The translations under genes were made by a program, and so were the position numbers. A stretch of 64,000 nucleotides of DNA from an uncultured Clostridia bacterium (GTDB lineage: Bacteria; Bacillota; Clostridia; Christensenellales; UBA1242): positions 204,442-268,441 of the forward strand of contig CAKVGZ010000001.1 in assembly GCA_934747765.1 (NCBI GenBank), in the 5' to 3' direction. Under the pieces are notes generated by a model. That model was not told the origin of the DNA and searched no databases. It was given only the letters and a program-made list of their open reading frames with translations. Every line of letters starts with the position of its first letter. The first letter of the stretch is position 1. This document shows positions 46,675-57,414 of this stretch, in pieces.

Positions 46675-47008
46675 CAATGCAAATTGCAGTTGCAATTGTT
46701 TTGGAATGGGAAATCGAAATGTCGATTTCCTTATATTTTTTATCAAACCATTCTTTTGTTTTTCCTCTAAGAATTGCAAAAGGTCGGCCATTTTTTTGAT
46801 GGCAAATTTCAATTTCATGATGCACCAAACTGTCCATGTCAAGCGCTTTGAAAATTGCTTCTTTTGCACAGAAGAAGCCTGCAATTCGTTCTTTTTTGTT
46901 CACAAAACGATTGATATATTCAATTTCGTTCTCTGTTAAGAATCTTTTCAAAAAATTTTTATCTTCGTCAATTCTATCAATTTCAATTGTGTCAATCCCA
47001 ACTTTCAT
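46667..47008 (-). CDS. acpS: Holo-[acyl-carrier-protein] synthase
   Basis: 'MKVGIDTIEIDRI', 'FCAKEAIFKAL', 'GRPF'. GGAGAAGACA precedes ATG 47008. Confidence 0.85.
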   Translation of the reverse strand: MKVGIDTIEIDRIDEDKNFLKRFLTENEIEYINRFVNKKERIAGFFCAKEAIFKALDMDSLVHHEIEICHQKNGRPFAILRGKTKEWFDKKYKEIDISISHSKTIATAICIVN

Positions 47009-47615
47009 TGTCTTCTCCAAAATCAATTAATTTTTTTATCACAGGATTTATTTCATCAAAAGAAAAACCTTTGCTGAAGAGATGTTGAGCAAGTTTTGCC
47101 ATTGTTTTTTTGTCACGTGGTTTTGATTTAAGAAATTTTTCAGAAAGATTTATCAGGTCATCTTCATTTGAAATATATTTTTCAAGTGAGTTTCTTATTT
47201 TATCATCAGAAATTCCTTTTGACTTAAGTTCAAAGTCCAAAAGACGTTTTCCTTTCTTATAGCTGTAGGATTTCACATACAAGTCTGCAAATGCTTGGTC
47301 ATCCAAATAATTGTATTCTTCAAGTTTTGCAATGCAATAGTCAACGGTTTTTGTTGTGTAACCTTTTGAATAAAGATAGTCTTTAACTTGTTTTTTGGAT
47401 TTTGGAACAGCCAAAAGTTTCAAGCATCTGTCAAACGCCACAAGTTTTTCGTTTTCAATTTGAGCAGTTTCAATTTCTTCTTCGCAAACTTCGTTGCCAA
47501 CTTTAAATCCATGTTTAACAATTGTTTCGGCATTCAACTTGCAAAAAAACATTCCATCAAGGAATATTGAATATGTTTCTTTTCCATGTTGAACAATGCC
47601 TGTAATTTCGCTCAT
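46992..47615 (-). CDS. recX: Recombination regulator RecX
   Basis: 207 aa with three-helix repeats. 'AFDRCLKLLAVPKSKKQVKDYLYSKGY....VDYCIAKLEEYNYLDDQAFA..YV' is typical RecX. Confidence 0.8.
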   Translation of the reverse strand: MSEITGIVQHGKETYSIFLDGMFFCKLNAETIVKHGFKVGNEVCEEEIETAQIENEKLVAFDRCLKLLAVPKSKKQVKDYLYSKGYTTKTVDYCIAKLEEYNYLDDQAFADLYVKSYSYKKGKRLLDFELKSKGISDDKIRNSLEKYISNEDDLINLSEKFLKSKPRDKKTMAKLAQHLFSKGFSFDEINPVIKKLIDFGEDNESWD

Positions 47616-47693
47616 CGATTTTCATTATATCACACCTTTTTATTTGACAAAAATGTTTTTTTATTCTAATCTTAAAATCATTGAGGAGAAAAA

Positions 47694-48956
47694 ATGAAAG
47701 AAGTCAAAATCACGAAAGAAAATTTGTTTGAACATTTAAAAGAAAGAGGATTTATTTATCAAACAACAAACGAGGAAGAAATAAAGAAAATTTGCTTAAA
47801 CAAAAATTCAACTGTTTATGTGGGAATTGACCCAACAGCCGACAGTTTGCATATTGGTCACTTTTTTTCGCTTTTAATGCTTCGAAAATTCCAACAAGCT
47901 GGCCACAAGGTCATTGTTCTTCTTGGCGGAGCAACGGCAATGATTGGTGACCCAAGCGGACGAAATGATATGCGAAACATGGTCACTGCAAATTTTGTTG
48001 AAGACAACTTTGAAAAAATCAAAAGCACAATTGGAAAGGCCGTTAAACTTGACGGAGAAAATCCGGCAATAATTGTTAATAATGCCGATTGGATTCGTGG
48101 ATACGACTATGTGGACTTCATGCGTGACATTGGTCAACATTTCAATGTGGCTCACATGCTTGCCTCGGAGTCTTGCCAAAGCAGAATGAAAGCGGGCGGG
48201 TTAACTTTCTTTGAAATGGGATATATGCTCATTCAAGCGTATGATTTTGTTAAACTTAACAGAGATTATGGGTGCCAACTTGAAATTGGTGGAAGCGACC
48301 AATGGGGAAACATTATTGCTGGAGTTGAACTTGGAAGAAAACTTAATTTCTTGGAAGGAAAAGACCCAGATTCATTCCAAGGTTTAACAAGCCCACTTTT
48401 GACAGACGCAAATGGAAAAAAGATGGGCAAAACTTCAAAAGGTGCACTTTGGATTTCTAAAGAAAAAACTTCACCTTATGAGTTCTATCAATATTTTGTT
48501 AATGTTGATGACAGGGATGTTTTGAAACTTCTTAAACTTTTCACAAATTATGAAATAAAAGACCTTGAAGACCTTGTTCAAAGCGACATAATTTCTGCCA
48601 AAAAACTCATGGCCTTTGAAGTGACAAAACTGATTCATGGGGAAGAGGACGCAAAAGAAGCGCAAACTGCCTCTGAAGCTCTTTTTGGAGGCGGGGCAGA
48701 CCTTTCAAACGCTCCAACTTTTGAACTAGCAAAAGCTGATTATGAAAAAGGAATTCGTGTTTTGGAAGTTGCGCTTTCTTCAAAACTGATTTCAAGCATT
48801 TCTGAAGGCAGACGTTTAGTTTTGCAAAATGCAATAACGTTGAACGACGAGAAAATTTCTGACCCAAATTATGTCCTTTCCGAAAAAGATTTTGAAAACG
48901 GATTTGCACTTTTGAAAAAAGGCAAAAAGAACTTTGTTAAAATAAATTTAGTGTAA
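47694..48956 (+). CDS. tyrS: Tyrosine--tRNA ligase
   Basis: HIGH motif 'ADSLHIGH', KMSKS variant 'KMGKTS', and the S4-like C-terminus. The leader is ~30 nt after TTGACA-17-TAATCT. Confidence 0.97.
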   Translation: MKEVKITKENLFEHLKERGFIYQTTNEEEIKKICLNKNSTVYVGIDPTADSLHIGHFFSLLMLRKFQQAGHKVIVLLGGATAMIGDPSGRNDMRNMVTANFVEDNFEKIKSTIGKAVKLDGENPAIIVNNADWIRGYDYVDFMRDIGQHFNVAHMLASESCQSRMKAGGLTFFEMGYMLIQAYDFVKLNRDYGCQLEIGGSDQWGNIIAGVELGRKLNFLEGKDPDSFQGLTSPLLTDANGKKMGKTSKGALWISKEKTSPYEFYQYFVNVDDRDVLKLLKLFTNYEIKDLEDLVQSDIISAKKLMAFEVTKLIHGEEDAKEAQTASEALFGGGADLSNAPTFELAKADYEKGIRVLEVALSSKLISSISEGRRLVLQNAITLNDEKISDPNYVLSEKDFENGFALLKKGKKNFVKINLV

Positions 48957-48960
48957 TAAA

Positions 48961-49308
48961 ATGGAAATTGAAATAAAAAAATCAAAATTTATTGGCCAAA
49001 AATTTAACGTTTCTTCAATTGATGATGTCAACAGAATTTTGGCAGATATAAAAAAAGAACACAAAAAAGCAACGCATGTGTGCTATGCCTATCGAATTCT
49101 TGGAAAGGAATATCTTGAAAAAGCATTTGATGACGGGGAACCAAGTGGAACTGCAGGAAAACCAATTCTTAATGTAATTCAAAAACAAGACTTAAAAAAC
49201 GTGCTTGTTGTGGTTGTCAGATATTTTGGAGGAATAAAACTTGGCGCGGGCGGACTTTTGCGTGCCTATTCAAAAACTGCAAGTGAAACATTAAAAAACG
49301 GCAATTAG
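48961..49308 (+). CDS. IMPACT/YigZ family protein, N-terminal (UPF0029) domain only
   Basis: 'IKKSKFIG', 'HVCYAYRI', 'DDGEPSGTAGKPIL', 'VVVVRYFGGIKLGAGGLLRAY'. 115 aa. Confidence 0.7.
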   Translation: MEIEIKKSKFIGQKFNVSSIDDVNRILADIKKEHKKATHVCYAYRILGKEYLEKAFDDGEPSGTAGKPILNVIQKQDLKNVLVVVVRYFGGIKLGAGGLLRAYSKTASETLKNGN

Positions 49309-49316
49309 CCGTTTTT

Positions 49317-51584
49317 TTAAATATACCAATTTTTTTGAGATATTGGTTTTGATGTGTTTGCTTTTGAGCCTATGAATTCAAGTATGTTGGATTTTTCGCT
49401 TGTTAGTTCTTGATTTGTTGAATGATTTTTTATTTTTGTTATCAAATAGAACTTTGTTTTATTTTCATTTTGAGGGATTGTGAACGAAACTTTTCCGCTT
49501 TCACCATTAAAAGTTTTTATTAATGTGTCGCGTTTGTCATCAATTCGATACAACTCATAGGATAGATAACTTTCAGCTTCAAATTCGATAATAATATTTG
49601 AATTTTCAACTCTTCCGCCAAGTTTTGCAGGCAAAATTTCCAAGAAATTTGTTGATTTTTCTTTTGGAAGATTGAATCTCGAGAACACTTCCGAAACTTT
49701 GTAGCGAAGGGGAGTGTAGTCGTTTGCTTTCAAAACCAAGTTGTTCTTTTCAAGTTCAATGGCGTCGAGTTCAACTTCGGTCACGCTTGAAGGAACTGAA
49801 AAATCTTTTGGAGTTGATTTTTTGTAGATTGATGCAAAATATGTTTTAATGGCAGATGTTGGCTGATTTCCTCCAGTCAGTGTTCCAATGTCGTTTGCTT
49901 TAAGGTCGCCAATCCAAATTGCAACTGTGTCGTCTGATGTTAGTGCGATGCTGTATGCGTCGGAATTGTTGAGATTTTTTCCAACTGTTCCAGTTTTTGC
50001 ACCAATTTGATATGGAAGTGACGAAAGTTTTCTTGCTGTTCCTTCTTTGGCAGTTGACACAAGTGTTGAAAGGGTTAGATAGTTTGAATCTTCTCTGAAA
50101 ACCTGATCGGGAACATTCAAAGGTTCATAAATTGTTTTGCCTGTTTTGTCAACAATTTTTTTCACAAATGAAGGTTCAACAAAATTTCCGTTATTGGCAA
50201 AAGTTGTGTAGGCACCTGCAAGGCTTTTCAAGTCTGTTCCATAGGTCATTCCGCCAAGGGCAAGAGCATAACCATTGTCGCTTTTGTCAAAATTAATTCC
50301 AAGCCTTGAACAATATCTTTTTGCCTTATCGACGCCAAGATATGACAGGGTTTTGACAGCAGGGATATTGACAGATTTTTTCATTGCGTCACGAACACTT
50401 ATATAACCTGAATATGTTTTTGAAAAATTTTTTGGTGAATATCCGTTGATATTAATTTCGTCATCTAAAATTCTTGTTGCAGGAGAAATTATGTTTTCGT
50501 TCATCGCTGGGGCATAAACCAAAAGTGGTTTTATTGTTGAGCCCGGCTGACGTTTAGATTTTAGAATTGAATATGTGCTTTTTCCATAAAACGCTTCAAC
50601 CCCGTGGGTTTTGTTATTGATTGAAATTCCGGCTTGGTCGAAAAGCAAACCTTCGTTTTCCAGTGCACCTTTAAGTGCAGATTGTTTGTCTGGGTCGAAA
50701 TATGTGTGTATTTTGTAGCCACCAAGAGCAATTTGTTTGGCAGGAAGTTTCAAAATTTTTGATGCCTCTTCAATGGCGCACTGAGAATATGAATTTTGAC
50801 CGCGGTCGAAATTTTCATTTATGGCTAGCGAAATTGGGGTTGCAACGGCATTTTCGAGTTCTTCTTTTGAAATTTTTCCATCTTTTTCCATTTCCCTCAA
50901 AACAAGATTTCGACGTTTAAGGCACTTGTCCGGATTGTTTATTGGGCAATAGTTGCCAGGGGATTTTATGATGCCCGCAAGGAGGGCGCTTTGGTCGAGT
51001 GAAAGATTGCTTGCCGACTTTGAAAAATAGAATTGCGATGCATTTTCAATTCCATAAATGTTGTTTCCATAATAGATTACATTCAAATAGTTTTCCAAAA
51101 TTTCATTTTTAGAAAGTTGCTTTTCCATTTGAAGAGTCAAAGCAATTTCTTTGATTTTTCGCGAATATGTTTTTTCGCTTGAAAGGTGAGTGTTTTTTAT
51201 CAGTTGTTGAGAAATTGTTGAAGCCCCTTCAACCGCTTTTCCTTTAGACAAATTTTTCAAAAGTGCCTTCGAAATTCGCTTTACATTTATTCCATTATGC
51301 GAATAAAAATTTTTGTCTTCAATGGATGTGAAAGCATCAAGAGTGTAATCGTTTAATTTTGAAATTTTTATGTATTGATTATTAAACATATTTTTGTCTG
51401 AAATTGTGTTGCCCGAGTTGTCGAAGACATCAATTTTTAGGTCTGTGCTGATGAGTTTTTCACGCTCGAAGGTTTGCTTTTTCGAAATAGAAAAAATTAT
51501 TGCGAGTCCAGTTGACGCAATCAAAAAAACAAGCGATAACAAGCTTACAAAAACTATTAAACTAATTTTTTTCGCCTTTTTCAT
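49317..51584 (-). CDS. Class A penicillin-binding protein (PBP1A; glycosyltransferase + transpeptidase)
   Basis: GT51 motifs 'SIEDKNFYSHNGIN' and 'GASTISQQL'. TPase motifs 'GSTIKP' (SxxK) and 'KTGT'. There is an N-terminal TM and an extra C-terminal beta domain. Confidence 0.93.
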   Translation of the reverse strand: MKKAKKISLIVFVSLLSLVFLIASTGLAIIFSISKKQTFEREKLISTDLKIDVFDNSGNTISDKNMFNNQYIKISKLNDYTLDAFTSIEDKNFYSHNGINVKRISKALLKNLSKGKAVEGASTISQQLIKNTHLSSEKTYSRKIKEIALTLQMEKQLSKNEILENYLNVIYYGNNIYGIENASQFYFSKSASNLSLDQSALLAGIIKSPGNYCPINNPDKCLKRRNLVLREMEKDGKISKEELENAVATPISLAINENFDRGQNSYSQCAIEEASKILKLPAKQIALGGYKIHTYFDPDKQSALKGALENEGLLFDQAGISINNKTHGVEAFYGKSTYSILKSKRQPGSTIKPLLVYAPAMNENIISPATRILDDEININGYSPKNFSKTYSGYISVRDAMKKSVNIPAVKTLSYLGVDKAKRYCSRLGINFDKSDNGYALALGGMTYGTDLKSLAGAYTTFANNGNFVEPSFVKKIVDKTGKTIYEPLNVPDQVFREDSNYLTLSTLVSTAKEGTARKLSSLPYQIGAKTGTVGKNLNNSDAYSIALTSDDTVAIWIGDLKANDIGTLTGGNQPTSAIKTYFASIYKKSTPKDFSVPSSVTEVELDAIELEKNNLVLKANDYTPLRYKVSEVFSRFNLPKEKSTNFLEILPAKLGGRVENSNIIIEFEAESYLSYELYRIDDKRDTLIKTFNGESGKVSFTIPQNENKTKFYLITKIKNHSTNQELTSEKSNILEFIGSKANTSKPISQKNWYI

Positions 51585-51665
51585 TGAAAATATTATTTGT
51601 CATTATCAAAAATATATTATTTAAGTTAAATATTTGTTAAAAAAATTTTTCTTTCCTAAAAATTT

Positions 51666-52823
51666 ATGATATTCTCTTTTTTGATGGTTGTTTATGACGA
51701 AAATGAAAAAGCACTTATCCTGCTAAGCTTGTTTGATTTATCTCTTCAGAAGGAAAGAGAAATTTTGTCACTTTTCGATTCTCCGAAAGACGTTTTCAAA
51801 AATTTTGACCTGTTTGAAAATGACATTAATAATATTTTAATAAGAGGAATGAAAAGTGAATCTCAAGAAAAAAATGTTGGATATAAGCGCCACAAACTTG
51901 TTTCCGAAATCAAAGAAGCAATTTTGCAAGACCGTGTTTCGGACTTTATTGCCGACTTAAACAAAAAAAACATACGTGTTGTGACGCTATGTTCAAATTT
52001 ATATCCAAAAAAACTTTTAGACCTTGAATTTCCACCATACACTCTTTTTTGCATAGGTGACCTTTCACTATTTGAAACTGATTCAATTGGAATTGTTGGA
52101 ACAAGAACTCCAACACCTTATGGAAAAATTATAACAGAAAAATTTGCAAAAGGATTGACCGAAAATGGTTTTACAATTGTGAGTGGGCTTGCTTGTGGGA
52201 TTGACACAGTTTCTCACAAAACAACGCTTGATAACAATGGAAAAACCATTGCAGTTTTGGGTGGAGGGTTTGAACATATATTCCCTTCTTTTAACATTAA
52301 TCTTGCAAGGCAGATTTCTGATGTGGGGCTTTTGGTGTCGGAATATCGTCCAGATTTAAAGCCCGCATTATACACTTTCCCACAACGAAACAGAATCATT
52401 GCAGGATTGTCGCTTGGAATTTTGATAACAGAAGCAGGGGAGAAAAGTGGCGCGCTTCACACAAAAGAATATGCACTTGACCTTGGCAGAGAAATTTTTG
52501 TTGTGCCAGGCAACATAACAAGTCCAATGAGCAAAGGAACAAACAGACTTATCCGAAGTGCTCAAGGCGCTTGTGTTTTGGATTATGAAGACATTGTTTG
52601 CGTTTTTAGAGAAAAAGTTGTAAAATCCGTTTCAACGCTTCCAAAACAGTTGTCTTTTGAAGAAACAGCAGTTGTTAAAGAACTTGAAACAGGAGATAAA
52701 ACTTTTGAGGAATTGATTGAACTAACAAAAATGGAAACAAAAAATTTGAATCCACTTTTGACAATGCTTGAAATTAAAGGAATAATAAGACAACTTCCAG
52801 GAAACAGATACATGGTTATTTAG
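51666..52823 (+). CDS. dprA: DNA processing protein DprA (Smf)
   Basis: 'GIVGTRTPTPYG', 'VSGLACGIDTVSHK', 'AVLGGG', 'FPQRNRIIAGLS', and a C-terminal winged helix. The exact start is uncertain. Confidence 0.88.
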   Translation: MIFSFLMVVYDENEKALILLSLFDLSLQKEREILSLFDSPKDVFKNFDLFENDINNILIRGMKSESQEKNVGYKRHKLVSEIKEAILQDRVSDFIADLNKKNIRVVTLCSNLYPKKLLDLEFPPYTLFCIGDLSLFETDSIGIVGTRTPTPYGKIITEKFAKGLTENGFTIVSGLACGIDTVSHKTTLDNNGKTIAVLGGGFEHIFPSFNINLARQISDVGLLVSEYRPDLKPALYTFPQRNRIIAGLSLGILITEAGEKSGALHTKEYALDLGREIFVVPGNITSPMSKGTNRLIRSAQGACVLDYEDIVCVFREKVVKSVSTLPKQLSFEETAVVKELETGDKTFEELIELTKMETKNLNPLLTMLEIKGIIRQLPGNRYMVI

Positions 52824-52832
52824 GAGATGAAA

Positions 52833-54827
52833 ATGAAACTTGTTATAATCGAAGGACCAGGAAAAAGAGAAACCTTAAAAAAATATTTGGGCGCGGGATT
52901 TGACGTTTTTGCAACAAAAGGTCACGTTCGTGATTTGCCAACCAAAACTTTTTCTGTTGACCTAAAAAACATGACTCCAAGTTATGAAGTTATGGCAGAC
53001 AAAAAAGAACTCATTGATGAACTCAAGAAAAAAGCAAAAAAAGCTGAAGAAGTTCTCATTGCAACCGACCCGGACCGCGAAGGAGAAGCAATTGCTTGGC
53101 ATATAACACACATTTTGGAAATTGACCCAAATTCAAATTGCAGAATTGTGTTCAATGAAATTTCAAAAAAAGCAGTTAATGAAGCGCTTAAACATCCAAG
53201 ACCAATTGATATGAATCTTGTTGATGCTCAACAAACCAGAAGAATTATGGACAGAATTGTTGGCTACAAATTGTCGCCAATCATTTGCAAACGCATAAAA
53301 CCAAAATTGAGTGCAGGTCGAGTTCAATCGGTTGCGCTGAAACTTGTTGTTGACAGAGAAAAAGAAATTGAAGCGTTTATTCCAGAAGAATATTGGAACA
53401 TTTCGGCTCAACTTGAGAAAATAGAAGATAAATTCAAGTTCAAAGCAAGTTTGAACACAAAAGACGGAAAGAAAATCAAAGTTGTTTGTAAAGAAGAAGC
53501 AGAGCAGGTTAAAAGCGACCTTGTTGGGGCAGATTATGTGGTTAACAACATAAAAAAATCACAGACAAAAAGTCATGCTCCAGCACCTTTCACAACAAGC
53601 ACAATGCAACAAGACGCTCTTAACAAACTTGGCATGAATCTTAAGAAAACATCTTTTTGTGCTCAACAACTTTATGAAGGTGTTGAACTTGAAGGTGAAG
53701 GAAAAGTTGCCCTCATAACCTACATAAGGTCAGATAGCACCAGAGTTTCTGTTGACGCTCAAAATCAGGCATTGGAATATATTGGCAAACAATTTGGAGA
53801 AAAATATGTTCCAGAAAAACCTAATATATACAAAACAAAAGAAACAGCCCAAGATGCTCACGAAGCAATCAGACCAATTTCGATTGAACGAACTCCAGCA
53901 AGTGTTATGAGTTCGCTTTCGCCAGATAATTTCAAATTGTACAAACTCATTTACGAAAGATTTTTGGCAAGTCAAATGGCTGATGCAATATACAACAACG
54001 TTAATGTTGACATAAATGCAAAAAATTATGGATTTAAGGCAACGGGAAAAACTGTTGAATTTTTGGGCTATACTGCAGTTTACAAAAGTTATGTGGAAAA
54101 AGAAGACGACCCATCAAAACTTCCTGTTTTGGAAGTTGGTGAAAAATTGGGATTCAATGAACTGTTGATGGAACAAAAGTTCACAAAGCCACCTGCTCGT
54201 TACACCGAAGCAAGCTTGGTTAAAGAAATGGAAGAAAAGGGAATTGGACGTCCTGCAACTTATGCCATGACAATAACAACTCTCGACACACGTGGCTACA
54301 CTGCACACGAAGGAAAGTCACTTTATCCAACAGAACTTGGGAAAGCGGTTGACCAATATTTGGGCAACAACTTCAGACAAGTTATCAATGTCAAATTCAC
54401 GGCCGACATGGAAAACAGACTGGATGAAATTGCAGAAAGTGGAAAAAATTGGCAAGATGTTGCAAAAAGTTTTTGGGGAAGTTTCTCTGAACTGTTAACA
54501 AAAGCAGGGGGAAACTACGAACGCATCAAAATTGAGCCTCAAAAAACTGATGTTGTCTGCGATAAATGTGGCGCGCCAATGGTTGTTAGAGAAGGAAGAT
54601 ATGGAAAATTTTTGGGATGCAGTGCTTTCCCAAAATGCAATAACATCATGAAACTCAATTCTGACAAGCCAAAGTATGAACCAAAAATAATTGGAAAATG
54701 TCCTGAATGTTCAGATGGAAACATTTCTGTCAGACGAAGTAAAGCTGGAAAAATTTATTATGCTTGCGACAAATGTAAATTCTACACATTTGTTAATCCA
54801 ATGAAAAATGTTAACGAAAATAAATAG
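52833..54827 (+). CDS. topA: DNA topoisomerase I
   Basis: Toprim 'LVIIEGPGK' and 'ATDPDREGEAI'. Catalytic region 'ITYIRSDS'. C-terminal C4 zinc ribbons. AGGAG RBS favours ATG 52833. Confidence 0.97.
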   Translation: MKLVIIEGPGKRETLKKYLGAGFDVFATKGHVRDLPTKTFSVDLKNMTPSYEVMADKKELIDELKKKAKKAEEVLIATDPDREGEAIAWHITHILEIDPNSNCRIVFNEISKKAVNEALKHPRPIDMNLVDAQQTRRIMDRIVGYKLSPIICKRIKPKLSAGRVQSVALKLVVDREKEIEAFIPEEYWNISAQLEKIEDKFKFKASLNTKDGKKIKVVCKEEAEQVKSDLVGADYVVNNIKKSQTKSHAPAPFTTSTMQQDALNKLGMNLKKTSFCAQQLYEGVELEGEGKVALITYIRSDSTRVSVDAQNQALEYIGKQFGEKYVPEKPNIYKTKETAQDAHEAIRPISIERTPASVMSSLSPDNFKLYKLIYERFLASQMADAIYNNVNVDINAKNYGFKATGKTVEFLGYTAVYKSYVEKEDDPSKLPVLEVGEKLGFNELLMEQKFTKPPARYTEASLVKEMEEKGIGRPATYAMTITTLDTRGYTAHEGKSLYPTELGKAVDQYLGNNFRQVINVKFTADMENRLDEIAESGKNWQDVAKSFWGSFSELLTKAGGNYERIKIEPQKTDVVCDKCGAPMVVREGRYGKFLGCSAFPKCNNIMKLNSDKPKYEPKIIGKCPECSDGNISVRRSKAGKIYYACDKCKFYTFVNPMKNVNENK

Positions 54828-54839
54828 AAGGAGAAATTT

Positions 54840-55373
54840 ATGGAACTTAGAGGAACAACGATTTGCGCTGTTAAGAAAGATGGAAAAATTGCTATCGCTG
54901 GAGATGGCCAAGTGACAATGCAGAACAGTGTCATTTTCAAAGACAACGCTGTTAAAGTCAGAAGAATTTATAACGACAAAGTTGTTGTTGGCTTTGCTGG
55001 AAGCGTTGCTGATGCATTCAGTTTGTGTGAAAGATTTGAAGAAATGCTCAACAAATTCTCGGGAAATTTGATGAGAAGTGCTGTTGAACTTGCACAACTT
55101 TGGAGAGGTGACAAAGTTTTGAGAAAACTTGAAGCAATGATGATTGTTGCCGACAGTGAACAAATTTTAATTCTTTCGGGAATGGGAGATGTCATCGAAC
55201 CAACCGACGGAGTTTGTGCAATTGGCTCAGGCGGAAATTATGCACTTGCTGCTGCAAAAGCACTTATCAACAACACCAACTTAAGCGCAAAAGAAATTGC
55301 AAAAAAAGCGCTTGAAATTGCTGGTCAAATTTGTGTTTTCACAAACGGAAATTTGACAATTGAAGAGTTATAG
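54840..55373 (+). CDS. hslV: ATP-dependent protease subunit HslV (ClpQ)
   Basis: '[22 protein letters not shown]' and '[14 protein letters not shown]'. Confidence 0.95.
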   Translation: MELRGTTICAVKKDGKIAIAGDGQVTMQNSVIFKDNAVKVRRIYNDKVVVGFAGSVADAFSLCERFEEMLNKFSGNLMRSAVELAQLWRGDKVLRKLEAMMIVADSEQILILSGMGDVIEPTDGVCAIGSGGNYALAAAKALINNTNLSAKEIAKKALEIAGQICVFTNGNLTIEEL

Positions 55374-55382
55374 GAGGAAACT

Positions 55383-56693
55383 ATGAACTTAACACCAAAA
55401 CAAATTGTTGATGAATTAAATCAATATATCATTGGGCAAGACGAGGCGAAAAAAGCAGTGGCTGTTGCCCTCAGAAATCGCTATCGAAGAAGCAAACTCT
55501 CAAAAGAAATGAGAGATGAAATAACGCCAAAAAACATCATTATGAAAGGCCCAACTGGAGTTGGAAAAACTGAAATTGCAAGAAGGCTTGCAAAACTTGT
55601 TAAGGCACCTTTCATAAAAATTGAAGCAACAAAATACACTGAAGTGGGTTATGTTGGTCGTGACGTTGAAAGCATGGTTCGTGACCTTGTTGAAACTTCT
55701 GTGAGAATGGTTAAAGACGAAAAACAACATGAAGTTGAAAAGAAAGCAAAAGAAATTGTTGACAAAATTTTGATTGATGCAATTGTTAAGGCTCAACTTT
55801 TGAAAAAACCTGATGCAAATGCTGATGAACTTAAAGAAATTGTTAAAGAATCATACAACAGCGGTAGATATGACGAAGAAATTGTTGAAGTTGAAATAAA
55901 AGACACTCCAAAACCTCTTGACCTTTCGGGCGGTGTTGCTGAAATTAACATTGGAAATATTATGGGAGGAATTTTCCCTCAAAAGAAAAAGAAAAGAAGA
56001 ATTAATGTTAAAGAAGCGCGTGAACTGTTGATATCTGAAGAAAGCGAAAAAATGATTGACATGGACAGTGTTAACAGTGAGGCAATCAAACGCGCTGAAG
56101 AAAACGGAATTATTTTCATTGACGAAATGGACAAAATAATTGGCAAAAGTGCTTCGGCAAATGGACCTGACGTTTCTCGTGAAGGTGTTCAAAGAGATAT
56201 TTTGCCAATTGTTGAAGGTTCAACTGTTTCAACAAAATATGGAAATGTGAAAACAGACTACATTTTGTTCATTGCTTCTGGAGCATTCCATGTTTCAAAA
56301 ATTGAAGACATGATTCCAGAACTTCAAGGAAGATTTCCAATAAAAGTTGAGTTGAAAAACCTGACTAAAGATGATTTCTATAAGATTTTAAGTGAAACAA
56401 AGGCGTCAATCATAACCCAATATGCAGAGTTGCTTAAAGTTGATAACATAGATTTGAAATTCACTGATGATGCACTTATCGAAATTTCTGAAATGGCAGA
56501 AGTTGAAAATGAAACAAGCGAAAACATTGGCGCAAGAAGACTTCATTCAATCATCGAAAAGGTTTTGGAAGACATATCGTTTAATGCAACTGGCGACCAT
56601 CCTATGCTTGAAGTTAAGATTGACAAAGCTTATGTTCAAAACGCATTTGGCGAAAAACGCAAAAAATATGATTTAAAGAAATATGTTTTATAA
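55383..56693 (+). CDS. hslU: ATP-dependent protease ATPase subunit HslU (ClpY)
   Basis: 'TPKQIVDELNQYIIGQDEAKKAVAVALRNRYRR', 'GPTGVGKTEIARRLA', 'IIFIDEMDKI'. Confidence 0.97.
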   Translation: MNLTPKQIVDELNQYIIGQDEAKKAVAVALRNRYRRSKLSKEMRDEITPKNIIMKGPTGVGKTEIARRLAKLVKAPFIKIEATKYTEVGYVGRDVESMVRDLVETSVRMVKDEKQHEVEKKAKEIVDKILIDAIVKAQLLKKPDANADELKEIVKESYNSGRYDEEIVEVEIKDTPKPLDLSGGVAEINIGNIMGGIFPQKKKKRRINVKEARELLISEESEKMIDMDSVNSEAIKRAEENGIIFIDEMDKIIGKSASANGPDVSREGVQRDILPIVEGSTVSTKYGNVKTDYILFIASGAFHVSKIEDMIPELQGRFPIKVELKNLTKDDFYKILSETKASIITQYAELLKVDNIDLKFTDDALIEISEMAEVENETSENIGARRLHSIIEKVLEDISFNATGDHPMLEVKIDKAYVQNAFGEKRKKYDLKKYVL

Positions 56694-57373
56694 TGGAAGA
56701 ATTTAGAAGAACAGAAATTTTGATTGGAAAAGAAAATATGGACATTTTATCAAATGCCCATGTTTTGGTTGTTGGCGTTGGAGGCGTTGGAGGATATGTT
56801 GTTGAAATGCTTGCAAGAAGTGGAGTTGGAGAATTGACAATTGTTGATTTTGACCGTGTTGCAACAAGCAACATAAATAGACAAATCATTGCGCTTTCGT
56901 CAACTGTTGGGATGCCAAAAGTTGAAGTAATGAAAAAACGTATTTTGGAAATAAATCCTTCTTGCAAGGTTAATTCAATTTTCGAAAAATTTACGTCGCA
57001 AAATGCAAACAAAATATTAGACGGCAAAATAGATTTTGTGGTTGATGCAATTGACAATCTCGAAAACAAAGTTTTGCTGGTTAAAGAATCTAAATTGCGC
57101 AATCTCAACATAATTTCTGCAATGGGCGCAGGGAACAGAGTTGGCGTCCCAAAATTTGAAATTTGTGATGTTTTCAAAACCTACAACGATGGGCTTGCAC
57201 GAAAATTCAGAAAAATGTTAAAAGACAACAGCATCTCCAATTTGACGGTTGCTTTTTCAAGCGAAATTGCACTCAAAACATCCGAAAATGTTGTTGGAAG
57301 CACCAGTTATGGCCCTGCAATGTGTGGGGCAACAATTTCAGGATATGTGATAAATTGCCTTATAAATGTTTGA
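56693..57373 (+). CDS. tcdA: tRNA threonylcarbamoyladenosine dehydratase (TcdA; ThiF/E1-like)
   Basis: 'VLVVGVGGVGGYVVEMLARSGVGELTIVDFDRVATSNINRQ'. Confidence 0.85.
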   Translation: MEEFRRTEILIGKENMDILSNAHVLVVGVGGVGGYVVEMLARSGVGELTIVDFDRVATSNINRQIIALSSTVGMPKVEVMKKRILEINPSCKVNSIFEKFTSQNANKILDGKIDFVVDAIDNLENKVLLVKESKLRNLNIISAMGAGNRVGVPKFEICDVFKTYNDGLARKFRKMLKDNSISNLTVAFSSEIALKTSENVVGSTSYGPAMCGATISGYVINCLINV

Positions 57374-57414
57374 AAAATGTTATTTTTGTGATAAATTAAT
57401 GATGAGGGGGAAAT

